64,000 nucleotides of DNA, from contig JAOPTW010000018.1 of assembly GCA_051532035.1 (NCBI GenBank), positions 5,770-69,769 of the forward strand, read 5' to 3'. The position numbers and the translations under genes were made by a program. The DNA comes from Fibrobacterales bacterium (GTDB lineage Bacteria; Fibrobacterota; Fibrobacteria; Fibrobacterales; JAOPTW01). The notes under the pieces were generated by a model. The model ran no database searches. It worked only from the letters and a program-made list of their open reading frames with translations, and had not been told where the DNA came from. Of the stretch, positions 1-8,076 are shown in pieces; the stretch's first letter is position 1; every line of letters begins with the position of its first letter.

Positions 1-2
1 CC

Positions 3-1622
3 ACGAATGTACGATCCCGAAGCAGGAGTAACGGTACCTTCACCAGTAATGGTTGTATGTAGAGCGTAATATGGTATCTCAGTGAATACTGCAGTGATGT
101 TTTTATTACCATCTATGGTGAGGGTAGCCGATTGTTCAGTACCCGTAAGGTCACCACTCCACCCAATAAATTCCCAGCCTTCAGCCGGAGTTGCAGTTAT
201 AGAAACTGTTGTACCGGGGGTATATGTGCCGCCATCTGGAGTAATGGTGCCGTTTCCCGTTACCGACGTAGATAGTGTATAGCTACTGAGTACCCCATAT
301 ACTTCAAACTCCAAAAGCGAATATCCCCACTGAGTTGTACGCTGGGTGCCGTACATACGGATATACCGGCCTACGCCATCAACGGATCGATTATCTACTC
401 CTGCATTACCATTTTTTTCTGTGTGTATGGTCGTCCAGTCGATTCTATTGTCAGAAACTTGAACTTCATAGTCACTTGCTCCTGCCGTCTCCCAGTGCAA
501 TACAATTTGCGAAACCTGGTAGGTCTCTTCTAAATCTATCTCTATCCACTGAGGGTCGCTAAAATGACTTGACCAACGGCTACTCATAGAACCATCGACA
601 GCTTGAGTAGCGCTATACGAGCTCCCTTCAATTGTTGATGCTGAAGCGGGTTTATTAAGTGCAACGTTTTTAGGAAGTTCTCTAAACGATGCTTCGATAT
701 TCATATCGTGACTTATAGTGATTGAGAGTGGGTTGTTTGATGATTGTACATCACCAGTAAACGCAACAAATTCCCATCCCGCATCGGGTGCAGCTGTTAT
801 AGAAAGAGGAGTCCCTTCATAGTAGGTTCCCAATTGAGGTGTTACACTGCCTCCTGTGTTCGCTACAACTGATAATGAATAGGTTGGGAGTTGTACGAAT
901 TCAGCAACGATATTTTTTGCATCATCCATGATGATGGTACTTGGGTTTGTTGTGCCGGTAATATCACCACCCCACTGTACAAAGCCCCATCCCTCATCAG
1001 GTGTTGCCGTGATAGTTATCGCTTCATCATTATTGAATTTACCCATCTCTGGTGTGATACTTCCAGATCCTATAACCGATGTTGTGAGATCATGCTGCAC
1101 TAACACCCCATTATAGAGGCTCACATTACGAATCTGGACATCATGATTATTATTACCCATATTAAAGGTGATGCGCGCATTGTTATCATTACTTCCCCTA
1201 TGGGTGTATGTATAGGTAAACAACTGCCATGTGGTTGTGAGTGTTTGATTATTGGATGCACTATAATTGGTCCATGGAGATCCGTTTTTTTCAACCATTG
1301 CATCAAACGTTCTGGATGAACTTGCTTGTGCCTCAAAGCTAAAAGTGTACGTTTCACCATTGACTTGAGGGATACCTCCTTGTGTGAGTTGTATCCTCCA
1401 CGTATCAGAACCACCATCTGTTATGGTTGTTGAGTAACTGTTATTACTCACTGTGGATTGTGCATTTGCTCCATAAACGCCCAGTTGCCAATTGGTTTTT
1501 CCTGAATTAAATGTGCCATTTTTTATGAGTTCTTGTGCTGATACCGTTGTAACACATGCTAGAAGCGCTGTTACACTCAGTATCAATCGGAGAGCCCTTG
1601 ATATTTTTGTAGATGTTTTCAC
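3..1622 (-). CDS. Secreted multidomain protein (signal peptide, CBM4/9-like domain, InlB-B/Flg_new-type repeats, F5/8 type C/CBM32 domain); 3' end runs off the window
   Basis: Not in the ORF track because there is no stop in the window. Manual translation from GTG at 1622 (RBS AAAAGGGG): MKTSTKISRALRLILSVTALLACVTTVSAQELIKNGTFNSG...WRIQLTQGG...; repeats 'TITATPDEGWGFVQWGGD' and 'SITATPAEGWEFIGWSGD'; discoidin motif 'AVDGSMSSRWSSHFSDPQWIEIDL'. Confidence 0.85.
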   Translation of the reverse strand, partial: MKTSTKISRALRLILSVTALLACVTTVSAQELIKNGTFNSGKTNWQLGVYGANAQSTVSNNSYSTTITDGGSDTWRIQLTQGGIPQVNGETYTFSFEAQASSSRTFDAMVEKNGSPWTNYSASNNQTLTTTWQLFTYTYTHRGSNDNNARITFNMGNNNHDVQIRNVSLYNGVLVQHDLTTSVIGSGSITPEMGKFNNDEAITITATPDEGWGFVQWGGDITGTTNPSTIIMDDAKNIVAEFVQLPTYSLSVVANTGGSVTPQLGTYYEGTPLSITAAPDAGWEFVAFTGDVQSSNNPLSITISHDMNIEASFRELPKNVALNKPASASTIEGSSYSATQAVDGSMSSRWSSHFSDPQWIEIDLEETYQVSQIVLHWETAGASDYEVQVSDNRIDWTTIHTEKNGNAGVDNRSVDGVGRYIRMYGTQRTTQWGYSLLEFEVYGVLSSYTLSTSVTGNGTITPDGGTYTPGTTVSITATPAEGWEFIGWSGDLTGTEQSATLTIDGNKNITAVFTEIPYYALHTTITGEGTVTPASGSYIR

Positions 1623-1993
1623 TACAAATCCCCTTTTGAGTTATGTGAAAATCCACGCGCTTAAACACGTCTATTTATAAATAAAATGACGTCGATAAAC
1701 GGATGGTATCCATTCACTGTTGTGTTGTTATTGTTGTCCCTATGACTATTAAATATGACTGTTGTGTGAGCATATTAGTAGAAAATAATTTAGAGATGAT
1801 ACAATGGTTTCCACCTTTTCTTCTTCAAAATGTTTTGAATTTACATTGGTTAACATCAATATGGATGATTCGATCATGAAAATATGTAAAACGATCATAG
1901 GTTCAATAATTATTCAATAGGAATGTATGTACGGATTGGGGTGTATCCTACTGTCTTGGAGTCAGGTTTTGAACGTGCCGACAAAATTTAAAA

Positions 1994-2200
1994 GTGTTTA
2001 GATGCGTTGGCCGTATTTATAGAGAGGGTACGACGAATGTCCTTACTCTTAATTCGGAGACACTGAAGTATCGCATTGTTTCACTCGATGGTACTCTCTG
2101 GCAGTCAAAAGTAACTTCAGGGTCTGAGGCAGAGGGTGGAGTGGTACCGGTGCAGTCACTTCCTGCTGGGTTGTATCTACTGATTCAATTTAGTCAATAA
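1994..2200 (+). pseudogene. Orphan fragment resembling a T9SS-type C-terminal sorting domain
   Basis: 'YRIVSLDGTLW...VQSLPAGLYLL' matches the CTD pattern at the ends of other secreted proteins here; no signal peptide or RBS; the 3' end is fused to a duplicated tail of another gene. Confidence 0.45.
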
Positions 2201-2246
2201 ATTGAGCTGAGTCAGAAATGTACTTGTGGAGTGTGATATTCCATTT
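2185..2246. repeat. 62-bp direct-repeat copy of 5824-5885 (3' end of the 5829..6806 gene)
   Basis: tcaatttagtcaataaattgagctgagtcagaaatgta[c/t]ttg[t/g]ggagtgtgatattccattt, 60/62 identical. Confidence 0.9.
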
Positions 2247-2287
2247 CGATAGTATTTTCACCGCATACATTGAGAATAATGTGTTTG

Positions 2288-2319
2288 AATTACCGTTCGC
2301 AAAGTTGCGAACGGTAATT
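2288..2319. repeat. Perfect inverted repeat (14-bp stem, 4-nt loop), terminator- or operator-like
   Basis: AATTACCGTTCGCA-aagt-TGCGAACGGTAATT. Confidence 0.7.
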
Positions 2320-2554
2320 GAACGGTTTAAATAATCTCCATTTTCAAAACAAGTAATCAGACTTAATTTTGGAGACACCTTTCGTTTGACAGATAATACA
2401 TAATGAAATGAATGCTTAGAAAACTCATATCTTTAAATTCTTTTCTTGACCTAAGTGACTGAGGAATAACTGATTTTAATTTGCAAATTCCGTTTTGTCA
2501 GAGATTACTGATACGAATGGGGAATAAATAACAACAACTAAATAAAGGATAAAA

Positions 2555-3655
2555 ATGATTTTAAATATCAAAACAATATGTGTTTCTTTGATTGTAGGCG
2601 CAAGCATGCTTTCAGCGGCCACGTATACAAATGTATCTACAGGCAAACCATCAGATGCCTCTAGCTCTCAAGGTAGCTATACCGCTGCTCAGGGAAATGA
2701 TGATAATAGCTATACTCGTTGGGGCTCAAGCTTTTACGACTATCAATGGTATGTAATAGACCTTCAGACAGTAGAGTCAATCGGTAAATTTAAAATATCT
2801 TGGGAGGCTGCCTATGCCACTGAATATAAAATATTACTTTCAACTGATAATGTAAATTGGGATGAAGTAGAGCATAACACACAGGGAACTGGCGGTACTA
2901 TCGAGCATTATCAAAATAACAATAGTGCAACCAGTAACTACGGTAGCTATCGTTATGCCAAAATTGAACTTATAACAAGAAAAACAAACTATGGATTTTC
3001 ATTTTATGAATTTAAAGTGTATAAAACCGACGTTGGAGGCGGGGGCGGAAATGCTTCATATCAACTTTCAAAATTTGTAGATCACCGTGATGGACAAAGG
3101 TATAATGCAGTTACCATAGGTACTCAAACCTGGATGGCTGAAAACTTAAATTTTAGTAGTGTTGGTAATTTTAACTTCCCATCCTATTGTTACGAAAAGG
3201 GTGTAGGAGGTTCAACGAATAAATATTGTGAAACTTATGGTCGGTTGTATGATTGGTATACCGCTATGTCTTGGAAAACACCAAATAATCAGGGCATATG
3301 TCCGGATAACTGGCATATACCAAGTGTAGGAGAGTGGGATATACTGATCAACTATGTTGATGCAAATAATGGCTCGAATGGTCCAGGATTAAGCTTAAAG
3401 TCTACTTATGACTGGGGTAAATGGGGGCCGAACGGCAACGGAACTGATGCATTCGGTTTTACCGCACTCCCTGCTGGGGTTCGTTGGAAAGCCGGTGATT
3501 GGCGTGGTTTATCTACCTATGCCTCGTGGTGGACTTCTGAAGAGGTTGATGCTCAGGAATCAATAAGAGTACAGTTTACAGTTTATGATGGGAAGCCAGG
3601 TCAGCCCGATACACCTAAGTCGGTAGCTTTGCCAATTCGTTGTATTAAAAATTAA
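2555..3655 (+). CDS. Secreted F5/8 type C (discoidin/CBM32) plus FISUMP (Fib_succ_major) domain protein
   Basis: Signal peptide; 'TRWGSSFYDYQWYVIDL'; FISUMP motifs 'FVDHRDGQRYNAVTIGTQTWMAENLN', 'YGRLYDW', 'GICPDNWHIPS', 'IRCIKN'; RBS AAGGA. Confidence 0.9.
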   Translation: MILNIKTICVSLIVGASMLSAATYTNVSTGKPSDASSSQGSYTAAQGNDDNSYTRWGSSFYDYQWYVIDLQTVESIGKFKISWEAAYATEYKILLSTDNVNWDEVEHNTQGTGGTIEHYQNNNSATSNYGSYRYAKIELITRKTNYGFSFYEFKVYKTDVGGGGGNASYQLSKFVDHRDGQRYNAVTIGTQTWMAENLNFSSVGNFNFPSYCYEKGVGGSTNKYCETYGRLYDWYTAMSWKTPNNQGICPDNWHIPSVGEWDILINYVDANNGSNGPGLSLKSTYDWGKWGPNGNGTDAFGFTALPAGVRWKAGDWRGLSTYASWWTSEEVDAQESIRVQFTVYDGKPGQPDTPKSVALPIRCIKN

Positions 3656-3721
3656 TTGTGACCAGACGAAACTGCTAAAATAGCCCACGGTACTTCTTCC
3701 TAAGTATTGGGCGGTTGAAGA

Positions 3722-3753
3722 AAAAGGGGGGATGAGTTGTAATCCTCCCTTTT
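3722..3753 (+). terminator. Rho-independent terminator-like hairpin
   Basis: AAAAGGGGGGAT...ATCCTCCCTTTT downstream of 2555..3655. Confidence 0.6.
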
Positions 3754-3793
3754 ATGATGGTTGTTGTTGCTTGTACATCATAGTCAAAGTATT

Positions 3794-3937
3794 GTAGCTG
3801 AACATATGAGACAACCGAAGCCGGTATTATAGTTAGGTCTCAATTATATGAGCAGGACATTTTGACCTGAGACAACGGGCGTAGGAAGCTATCAACTCAT
3901 ATGTTGTGTTAAGTGTTGCGTCTATTGTTGTTCAGCT
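3794..3937. repeat. About 140-bp imperfect palindromic element with AGCTGAACA...TGTTCAGCT ends; copy A of a 35-bp intergenic repeat
   Basis: Terminal IR at 3796-3804/3929-3937; inner IRs AACATATGAG/CTCATATGTT and TTAGGTC/GACCTGA; 3794-3828 is 28/35 identical to 6887-6921. Confidence 0.7.
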
Positions 3938-4077
3938 CAGCTCTACTATCAGTGCTTGAGTAATGAAAAAATAGGGGTTCAGGTAGGTATTGGGCCTACT
4001 GCTCCTCGTAAATAATCCTTTTTTTAATACATTATATACGGGAACACAAAGCCAAATTTCATTCATTCGAGGGCACT

Positions 4078-5727
4078 ATGAAGCTAACAGTATCTAATAC
4101 TCTTTTAATTATTATGCATTTCTTTCTTATTGGTTGTTTAGAAGATCCATCGAGTACCAATGCTCTGACAGATGATGTAGATGTACCGTATTCACAGAAC
4201 CAAGATGTATCGTCTTCAGGGGGAGTAAATCAATCATCTCATGACGTTGCAAATGAGGTAAGCTCTTCTCAAGTGGTTCGAGACGTTACAGTAAACAATA
4301 ATACATTCTCCATAAGCTTTAATGTTGTAGACCTGAGTACTGCACAAAAATTGGACTCAGTTGAAGTATCTTGGATAGATAATGGCACTACAATAGTTGC
4401 ATATTCAGATTCCTTGGGGTATGTATCTATTAACGGTCTTGCTATTGGGAGCTATACGTTTGTGTTTATAAAAGAGGGTTTTGAAACAATACTTGAATTG
4501 GTAGATTTAGACGAGATGCAAAACTCTGATACACCAGTAATAGCGGATATAGATCGAAGGGTGTTTATGCAGACTGGTACAGCACTTTCAAGTGCGGTGG
4601 AAGTGAGTTCAAGTGCGGTGGAAGTGAGTTCAAGTAGTAGCCAACGAGTAAGTTCAGATGCAGGAGAGGCTGAAACTGGGGTATATTATGTAACTCCTCT
4701 CGCAAATCTAGATGGAGAGGGGACGATAGAATCACCGTTTCTTAAAATACAAGATGGGGTTAAGGCTGCATTGGTTTTTGGTGATGGCGCAACAGTTATG
4801 GTTGCTGCTGGTAATTATTCTCTCACGACTAAGCTTATTATTAATAAGGATATTGAATTGTATGGTGGATATTCTCAAGATGATTGGGCTGAAAGAGATG
4901 TAGAGAAATATATATCTAAGGTTGAGACTCGGTATGGTGATCCAACATGGGCATCGGTCTTTGAATTAGATGGAAACAGTATTATCGATGGGTTCCTGAT
5001 TTCTCAGCATGGAATAGATGTATCTTTTTTAAGTGCTATAACCGTTGAGGGTGGTTCTCCAATAATTAGAAACTCAACTATTCATACAATGAATCTGAGA
5101 GGGTCTTTTAGTTCAGGTATAGAAGTACAGGAAGGAACGCCTCTTGTGTATAATAATGTGATTATGTTATCAGGTAAAACTATCCCCAGTGCCGTAAAAG
5201 TGCGTTCTGGATCCTTTACTCAGATCTATAATAATACCTTTGTGGTCCTTGAACAAGATAAGGTAACTTTTGGTACAGGGGTGTACTTATATGATTCTTC
5301 TACTGTAGTGATCCAAAATAATGCCTTTGTCAACTTCGAAATAATTGTGCAAGAGTCCGCTTTACAGAGTGACGTTATAGAAATGAAAAATAATAGCGCG
5401 ACTCTGTATGACAAGACGGGTTCTGGATTGTTTGCTGTGTTTTATAGAGATTGGGATACTGATACCGTATATGATGCAGATGGCGTTGAGGCACTTACTG
5501 ATGTAGATGCATCGGGTAATATGCTTTTTGACCATATGCCTTATTTTGTTGATTATGATGGTATAGATAATGATAGCGCAACGTTCGCTGATAATAATGT
5601 ACAGTTTATTCAATCAACACCACTATCGATACTTGAAGGAGGGGCAGAGGTTGCTCAGTTTTCAACTGATAAACGAGGAGTGGTTAGGACGGTGCCTTGG
5701 TCTATTGGGGCATATGAGATTGATTGA
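4078..5727 (+). CDS. Lipoprotein: Ser-rich linker, carboxypeptidase-regulatory-like domain, DUF1565/right-handed beta-helix domain
   Basis: Lipobox LIGC; 'GDGTIESPF'-type motif (LDGEGTIESPFLKIQDG), 'VAAGNY', 'LYGGYS..DW..RD'; C-terminal 'TDKRGVVR..WSIGAYE'. Confidence 0.8.
   Translation: MKLTVSNTLLIIMHFFLIGCLEDPSSTNALTDDVDVPYSQNQDVSSSGGVNQSSHDVANEVSSSQVVRDVTVNNNTFSISFNVVDLSTAQKLDSVEVSWIDNGTTIVAYSDSLGYVSINGLAIGSYTFVFIKEGFETILELVDLDEMQNSDTPVIADIDRRVFMQTGTALSSAVEVSSSAVEVSSSSSQRVSSDAGEAETGVYYVTPLANLDGEGTIESPFLKIQDGVKAALVFGDGATVMVAAGNYSLTTKLIINKDIELYGGYSQDDWAERDVEKYISKVETRYGDPTWASVFELDGNSIIDGFLISQHGIDVSFLSAITVEGGSPIIRNSTIHTMNLRGSFSSGIEVQEGTPLVYNNVIMLSGKTIPSAVKVRSGSFTQIYNNTFVVLEQDKVTFGTGVYLYDSSTVVIQNNAFVNFEIIVQESALQSDVIEMKNNSATLYDKTGSGLFAVFYRDWDTDTVYDADGVEALTDVDASGNMLFDHMPYFVDYDGIDNDSATFADNNVQFIQSTPLSILEGGAEVAQFSTDKRGVVRTVPWSIGAYEID
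4587..4635. repeat. In-frame 21-bp tandem duplication (SSAVEVS x2) in the Ser-rich linker
   Basis: TTCAAGTGCGGTGGAAGTGAG x2 followed by TTCAAGT. Confidence 0.85.
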
Positions 5728-5741
5728 GTAGGATGGTAGGC

Positions 5742-5782
5742 TATAGTGGCTGAACATAGGGGGCAATCGAAACCAATATTTT
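5742..5782. repeat. Intergenic repeat copy B
   Basis: TATAGTGGCTGAACATAGGGGGCAATCGAAACCAATATTTT, 38/41 identical to 6883-6923. Confidence 0.85.
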
Positions 5783-5828
5783 ATTTAGATGCTTGTTGCC
5801 TATACCCATACAACCTTCTGAGCTCAAT

Positions 5829-6806
5829 TTAGTCAATAAATTGAGCTGAGTCAGAAATGTATTTGGGGAGTGTGATATTCCATTTTTTGAGTTGTTTTCT
5901 GCTAAACAGGAACTTCCCCTTTTCGGGAGTTTCGGGGGTGAGGCTTCCTGGTTGTGCTCCATTGAGGATTTTCACAATCATTTTTCCTGCAGCACTTCCC
6001 TGAGTTTCTCCAAATAAAACATAGCCCCCAACGGCGCCATTTTTACTGATAGCAAAATCCCAGAATCCAAACATTGGAAGGGGAGATTTGGCTTGCATCC
6101 ATTCCATAACGGCATTTGCGGGAATATGTTTCTCCTTATCGAATAATGACTGGTAGAGTGCAAGTATAATGGCGTCGTAGCCTTTCTTTTTTGAGCGTAC
6201 GACAGTTTCTTTCCAGTGAGAAAAGTTTTTAGTGTTCACAACGTCGATTTTAGCACCTAAAAGTGTTTGAGAGTATGTATTGTCAAATACCTCTTGAAAC
6301 ATGATGTTTGACGTGAGTCCTGAGTCGAGAAGTATTAAGATTTTCTTTGATGGATAGATGTCATACAAAAACCGAATAGATCGTTTAAGAAGTGGTCTTT
6401 CGAGCACGCCCGTAATATTCATATGTCTCTTTGTTAGATAGTTGCGTGGGTTGTTGTTGATTCCGAGATAGATCACGGGAGTACGGGTTGTTGCCAAACG
6501 CTCTCCTAAATATTTCAACGCATTATCATCTGCAAGTACGACTATATCAGGGTTGGTTTTTTCGTACTGTGCCCACGCTAAATCAGCCTGATTCTGGAAT
6601 TGGTTTGCAGGGATTCGTTTCGTATCCATACAAAAATTGATAAGGGTATCTGATGGTGATAGTTCCTTAAGCAAGCCTTTTCTGACACTGATGCTCCATT
6701 GGTAATCTTCATGGTAGCTTTCTATAATAAGTATTTTTTTGGCATGAGCAACGCTTTGAACAAGCATAAAGGCTATGATAAAGGTAAAGAGCATTTTCGT
6801 TTTCAT
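5829..6806 (-). CDS. Stand-alone ABC-type periplasmic substrate-binding-like protein
   Basis: Signal peptide; 'ILIIESYH', 'PDIVVLADDNA', 'PVIYLGINN', 'NITGVLE', 'QGSAAGKM..KILNG'; no permease or ATPase neighbours. Confidence 0.8.
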   Translation of the reverse strand: MKTKMLFTFIIAFMLVQSVAHAKKILIIESYHEDYQWSISVRKGLLKELSPSDTLINFCMDTKRIPANQFQNQADLAWAQYEKTNPDIVVLADDNALKYLGERLATTRTPVIYLGINNNPRNYLTKRHMNITGVLERPLLKRSIRFLYDIYPSKKILILLDSGLTSNIMFQEVFDNTYSQTLLGAKIDVVNTKNFSHWKETVVRSKKKGYDAIILALYQSLFDKEKHIPANAVMEWMQAKSPLPMFGFWDFAISKNGAVGGYVLFGETQGSAAGKMIVKILNGAQPGSLTPETPEKGKFLFSRKQLKKWNITLPKYISDSAQFID

Positions 6807-6882
6807 GCGGTACTTTGTTTGAATAGAGCTTTCTTTAATATAATATTATAAGAGTAAATGGCGATTGATTTTTGTGTCTTGA

Positions 6883-6923
6883 TATAGTGGCTGAACATAG
6901 GGAACAATCGAAGCCAATATTTT
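6883..6923. repeat. Intergenic repeat copy C
   Basis: TATAGTGGCTGAACATAGGGAACAATCGAAGCCAATATTTT. Confidence 0.85.
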
Positions 6924-6967
6924 TTTGACAGGAGCCGCGTCCATGGTGGGGCTATTTAGGGTGTTTA

Positions 6968-6996
6968 TTGACATTGCCACTTGTATAGTCTAAATT
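6968..6996 (+). promoter_or_regulatory. Sigma70-type promoter of the TA operon
   Basis: TTGACA-N17-TAAATT, followed by RBS AGGAGG and ATG at 7013. Confidence 0.65.
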
Positions 6997-7012
6997 ATGG
7001 TCAGGAGGAAGT

Positions 7013-7288
7013 ATGAAATTGTCGCAACAAGTTAAACCAATTAGCTATTTGAAAGCTCATGCATCTGAAATAGTAAGGGAAATATGTGACGATCATAAAT
7101 CTGTGATTATTACTCAAAATGGTGAAGCTAAAGCAATAATACAAGATCTTGAATCCTACGAAAAGCTTCAAGATAGTCTCGCGATGCTTAAGATATTAGC
7201 TCAAAGTCAAAAAAGTAAGACTGAAGGGCGCTATAAAACCACTTCAAAAGCATTCAGATCAATTCGTTCATCAGTTAAGACTCCATAA
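7013..7288 (+). CDS. Type II antitoxin, Phd/YefM family
   Basis: 'VKPISYLKAHASEIV...VIITQNGEAKAIIQDLESYE'; 91 aa; overlaps the toxin start by 1 bp. Confidence 0.9.
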   Translation: MKLSQQVKPISYLKAHASEIVREICDDHKSVIITQNGEAKAIIQDLESYEKLQDSLAMLKILAQSQKSKTEGRYKTTSKAFRSIRSSVKTP

Positions 7289-7512
7289 TGCCTTATCAGG
7301 TTTTATTATTAGCGGATGCTGAACAGGATTTAAAAGAAATTTATCAATACCTTTTTATGTATGAATCAGCAAATTTAGCTAATGATTTGTTAGATAAGAT
7401 TGAACAGGCGGTGAAGAATTTGTTTACATTTCCAAATAGGGGACATGTACATGCTGTTCTTGATCGTAGACGAGACTTACAAGATCTGTTAGAAACAAGG
7501 TTATTGAGATAA
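7288..7512 (+). pseudogene. RelE/ParE family toxin with apparent in-frame internal deletion
   Basis: N-terminal 'YQVLLLADAEQDLKEIYQY...FPNRGH' is joined directly to C-terminal 'VHAVLDRRRDLQDLL'; the central yREl...yRiiY strands are missing; 74 aa versus about 100-110 typical. Confidence 0.7.
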
Positions 7513-7660
7513 TAAATTCTGCTAATCAGCAGTCATTCAGTCATCACTACTTTTGCTCAGTTAACAGAAATATTTTCTAATCTCTCCAAAAAGCATCAAG
7601 TTAGGTATGCCCATTCCTACGACCCATCAACAACGGCTGCATGAACTACTCTGCAATTAA

Positions 7661-7966
7661 AAGCAGACTACTAAATCTTCTGTTGGTGATAGGGCACAAT
7701 GGTCTGGTGCTTATCTTCCGGCAGGTGATTATACTGTGACGGTAGAATGGGCAAGTGGTCTTTCTACTGATCGGAAATTTCAACTCAAGTTTGGTAAATG
7801 GCCTAAATACACGTGGAAAAATATGGCACCCACAGGCAGTACCTCAAAATTTACAAAATCATCAGCAATCATTAATGTGGCTACTGCTGGAATTAAAAAT
7901 GTAAAGTTGATTACAAAAAATGGTGGTGTCAGTATCTGCTCGGTGAAATTTGATCCGCTCTATTAA
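7661..7966 (+). pseudogene. 5'-truncated fragment of a CBM6/CBM35-like beta-sandwich domain
   Basis: Frame is open from 7661: ...SVGDRAQWSGAYLPAGDYTVTVEWASG...KNVKLITKNGGVSICSVKF; no RBS, start or signal peptide. Confidence 0.5.
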
Positions 7967-8076
7967 TTTGTGGTATTGCCAATGCCAAAAAGACTTTAAA
8001 GCCGGGAGTGATAAAGATTACTGCTAACAGGCACCCAGATGGTGCCTATATAATTGTCGTGTGATCAGTCGTGGTC

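Noticed and set aside
82..1680. Six short ORF-track calls (82, 335, 891, 928, 1121, 1492)
   Set aside because: They are shadows of the long minus-strand CDS 1622..3 that the track missed.
2190..2378. 62-aa minus-strand ORF ending like the 5829..6806 protein
   Set aside because: Only the last about 18 codons are homologous (duplicated tail); the rest crosses a hairpin and lacks an RBS.
4034..4060. Possible fourth degenerate repeat copy (ATACGGGAACACAAAGCCAAATTT)
   Set aside because: It lacks the GCTGAAC core, needs gaps to align, and is compatible with chance in AT-rich DNA.
3794..6923. Repeats as a CRISPR array or a canonical integron
   Set aside because: Spacing is 1-2 kb with whole genes between copies, there are no cas or intI genes, and the core deviates from GTTRRRY. 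Kept only as a hypothesis in the findings.
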